Source of the DNA: Candidatus Saccharimonadota bacterium
GTDB taxonomy: Bacteria > Patescibacteriota > Microgenomatia > UBA1406 > GWC2-37-13
Length of the DNA: 32,000 bases
Assembly (NCBI GenBank): GCA_001790095.1
Contig: MGBH01000001.1
Location: 1,080,001-1,112,000 of the forward strand
Direction of reading: 5' to 3'
In this document: positions 31,496-32,000 of the stretch, in pieces
Layout of the letters: every line of letters begins with the position of its first letter
Position numbering within the stretch: the stretch's first letter is position 1
Program-made: the position numbers and the translations under genes
Notes under the pieces: model-generated
What the model was told of the DNA's origin: nothing
Seen by the model: the letters and a program-made list of their open reading frames with translations, nothing else
Databases searched by the model: none

Positions 31496-32000
31496 ATGTA
31501 TATATCAAAATATAAAGCAATAATATTTGATTTTGACGAGACGCTCGTTGCGTCTTATAAGGTAAAATGGGCGCAGCATCAAGAGACTGCAAAAAGGTTT
31601 TATGGGGTACATTTGACGGAAGAAAAGATCCGGAAATATTGGGGTATGCCATTTGAGCCGATGATAAGTATTTTTTATGAACATAAAGACGCGGCAGAGA
31701 ATATGATGAAAAATTACCACTCACTTGATAAGCTTTATCACAAAAAACCTTATAAGGATGCGATCTCTGTCCTTGATTTTTTACACACAAAGTCATACTG
31801 GTTGGGTTTGGTTACTTCGATGACGAAGGAATCAGTTATTCAAGACATGCAAGAGTCGGAGATGCCATATAAAAACTTTGATTATATACAAGGGTCAAAA
31901 GACTCAGATCATCATAAACCAGACCCTCGGGTATTTGATTATCTGATCAGGAAACTAGAAAGAATCAATATCAAACGGGATGAGACGTTGTATGTGGGTG
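31496..32000 (+). CDS. HAD-superfamily phosphatase (subfamily IA-like), C-terminus beyond right edge
   Basis: Not in the ORF track because it has no stop in the window. My translation from ATG 31496: MYISKYKAIIFDFDETLVAS... (motif I DxDxT), LGLVTS (motif II), HHKPDP (motif III Lys), ending ...ETLYVG, where motif IV GD is expected. Confidence 0.75.
   Translation, partial: MYISKYKAIIFDFDETLVASYKVKWAQHQETAKRFYGVHLTEEKIRKYWGMPFEPMISIFYEHKDAAENMMKNYHSLDKLYHKKPYKDAISVLDFLHTKSYWLGLVTSMTKESVIQDMQESEMPYKNFDYIQGSKDSDHHKPDPRVFDYLIRKLERINIKRDETLYVG

Noticed and set aside
31494-31796. Two minus-strand ORFs (100 aa and 71 aa) near the right edge
   Set aside because: The plus strand carries an open frame from ATG 31496 to the window end with clear HAD motifs (DFDETL, LVTS, KPDP). 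The minus-strand ORFs are shadows of it.
1-32000. Alternative genetic code (UGA recoding, as in some CPR lineages)
   Set aside because: Conserved genes terminate sensibly at TGA/TAA/TAG (for example TGA at 4690-4692, 17171-17173 and 20408-20410), and full-length homologous proteins are obtained with the standard code.

Overview
AT-rich, very compact bacterial chromosomal segment. It looks like a Candidate Phyla Radiation / Patescibacteria-type genome. This is an inference from short intergenic spacers, overlapping gene ends, few Shine-Dalgarno sequences, many Pro/Thr-rich and Cys-rich surface proteins, a T4SS-pilin-like protein, a small stand-alone GIY-YIG ORF and a class II RNR. The standard genetic code fits. 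I support about 38 protein genes, one tmRNA and one riboswitch-like element. I saw no rRNA, tRNA, CRISPR array, transposase or integrase. Recognisable content, left to right: kbl-tdh (threonine catabolism), CaCA antiporter, MGMT, MazG-like, a PT-rich protein/GT-C glycosyltransferase operon, trxA, an nrdR-nrdJ-PduO-type adenosyltransferase block, a PIN (MJ_0950-like) protein, an LPXTG-like surface protein, a Cys-rich T4SS-pilin-like protein, a SpoIID-domain protein, EndoQ / O-antigen-ligase-like / acyltransferase, NfeD-SPFH-IDI-like, secreted Cys-rich proteins, smpB-ssrA, GIY-YIG, vWA + OmpR-type two-component system, M48 peptidase, a SIMPL protein, a DNPH1/NDT-like domain fused to an RHH domain, and a HAD phosphatase. 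Most interesting: (1) a compact cobalamin-riboswitch-like aptamer (minus strand, about 7237-7314). It lies just after the B12-dependent RNR and adenosyltransferase genes and just before two uncharacterised genes (a 402-aa zinc-ribbon protein and a 139-aa protein), making them a candidate undescribed B12-responsive module. (2) A nucleoside 2-deoxyribosyltransferase/DNPH1-like domain fused to a ribbon-helix-helix domain, next to a perfect 9-bp inverted repeat overlapping the divergent HAD promoter. (3) A long tmRNA with a possible 36-codon tag. (4) A recurrent (TGn)TAnAAT-N6-7-ATG architecture suggesting widespread leaderless mRNAs. All family assignments come from motif recognition by eye; no searches were run.
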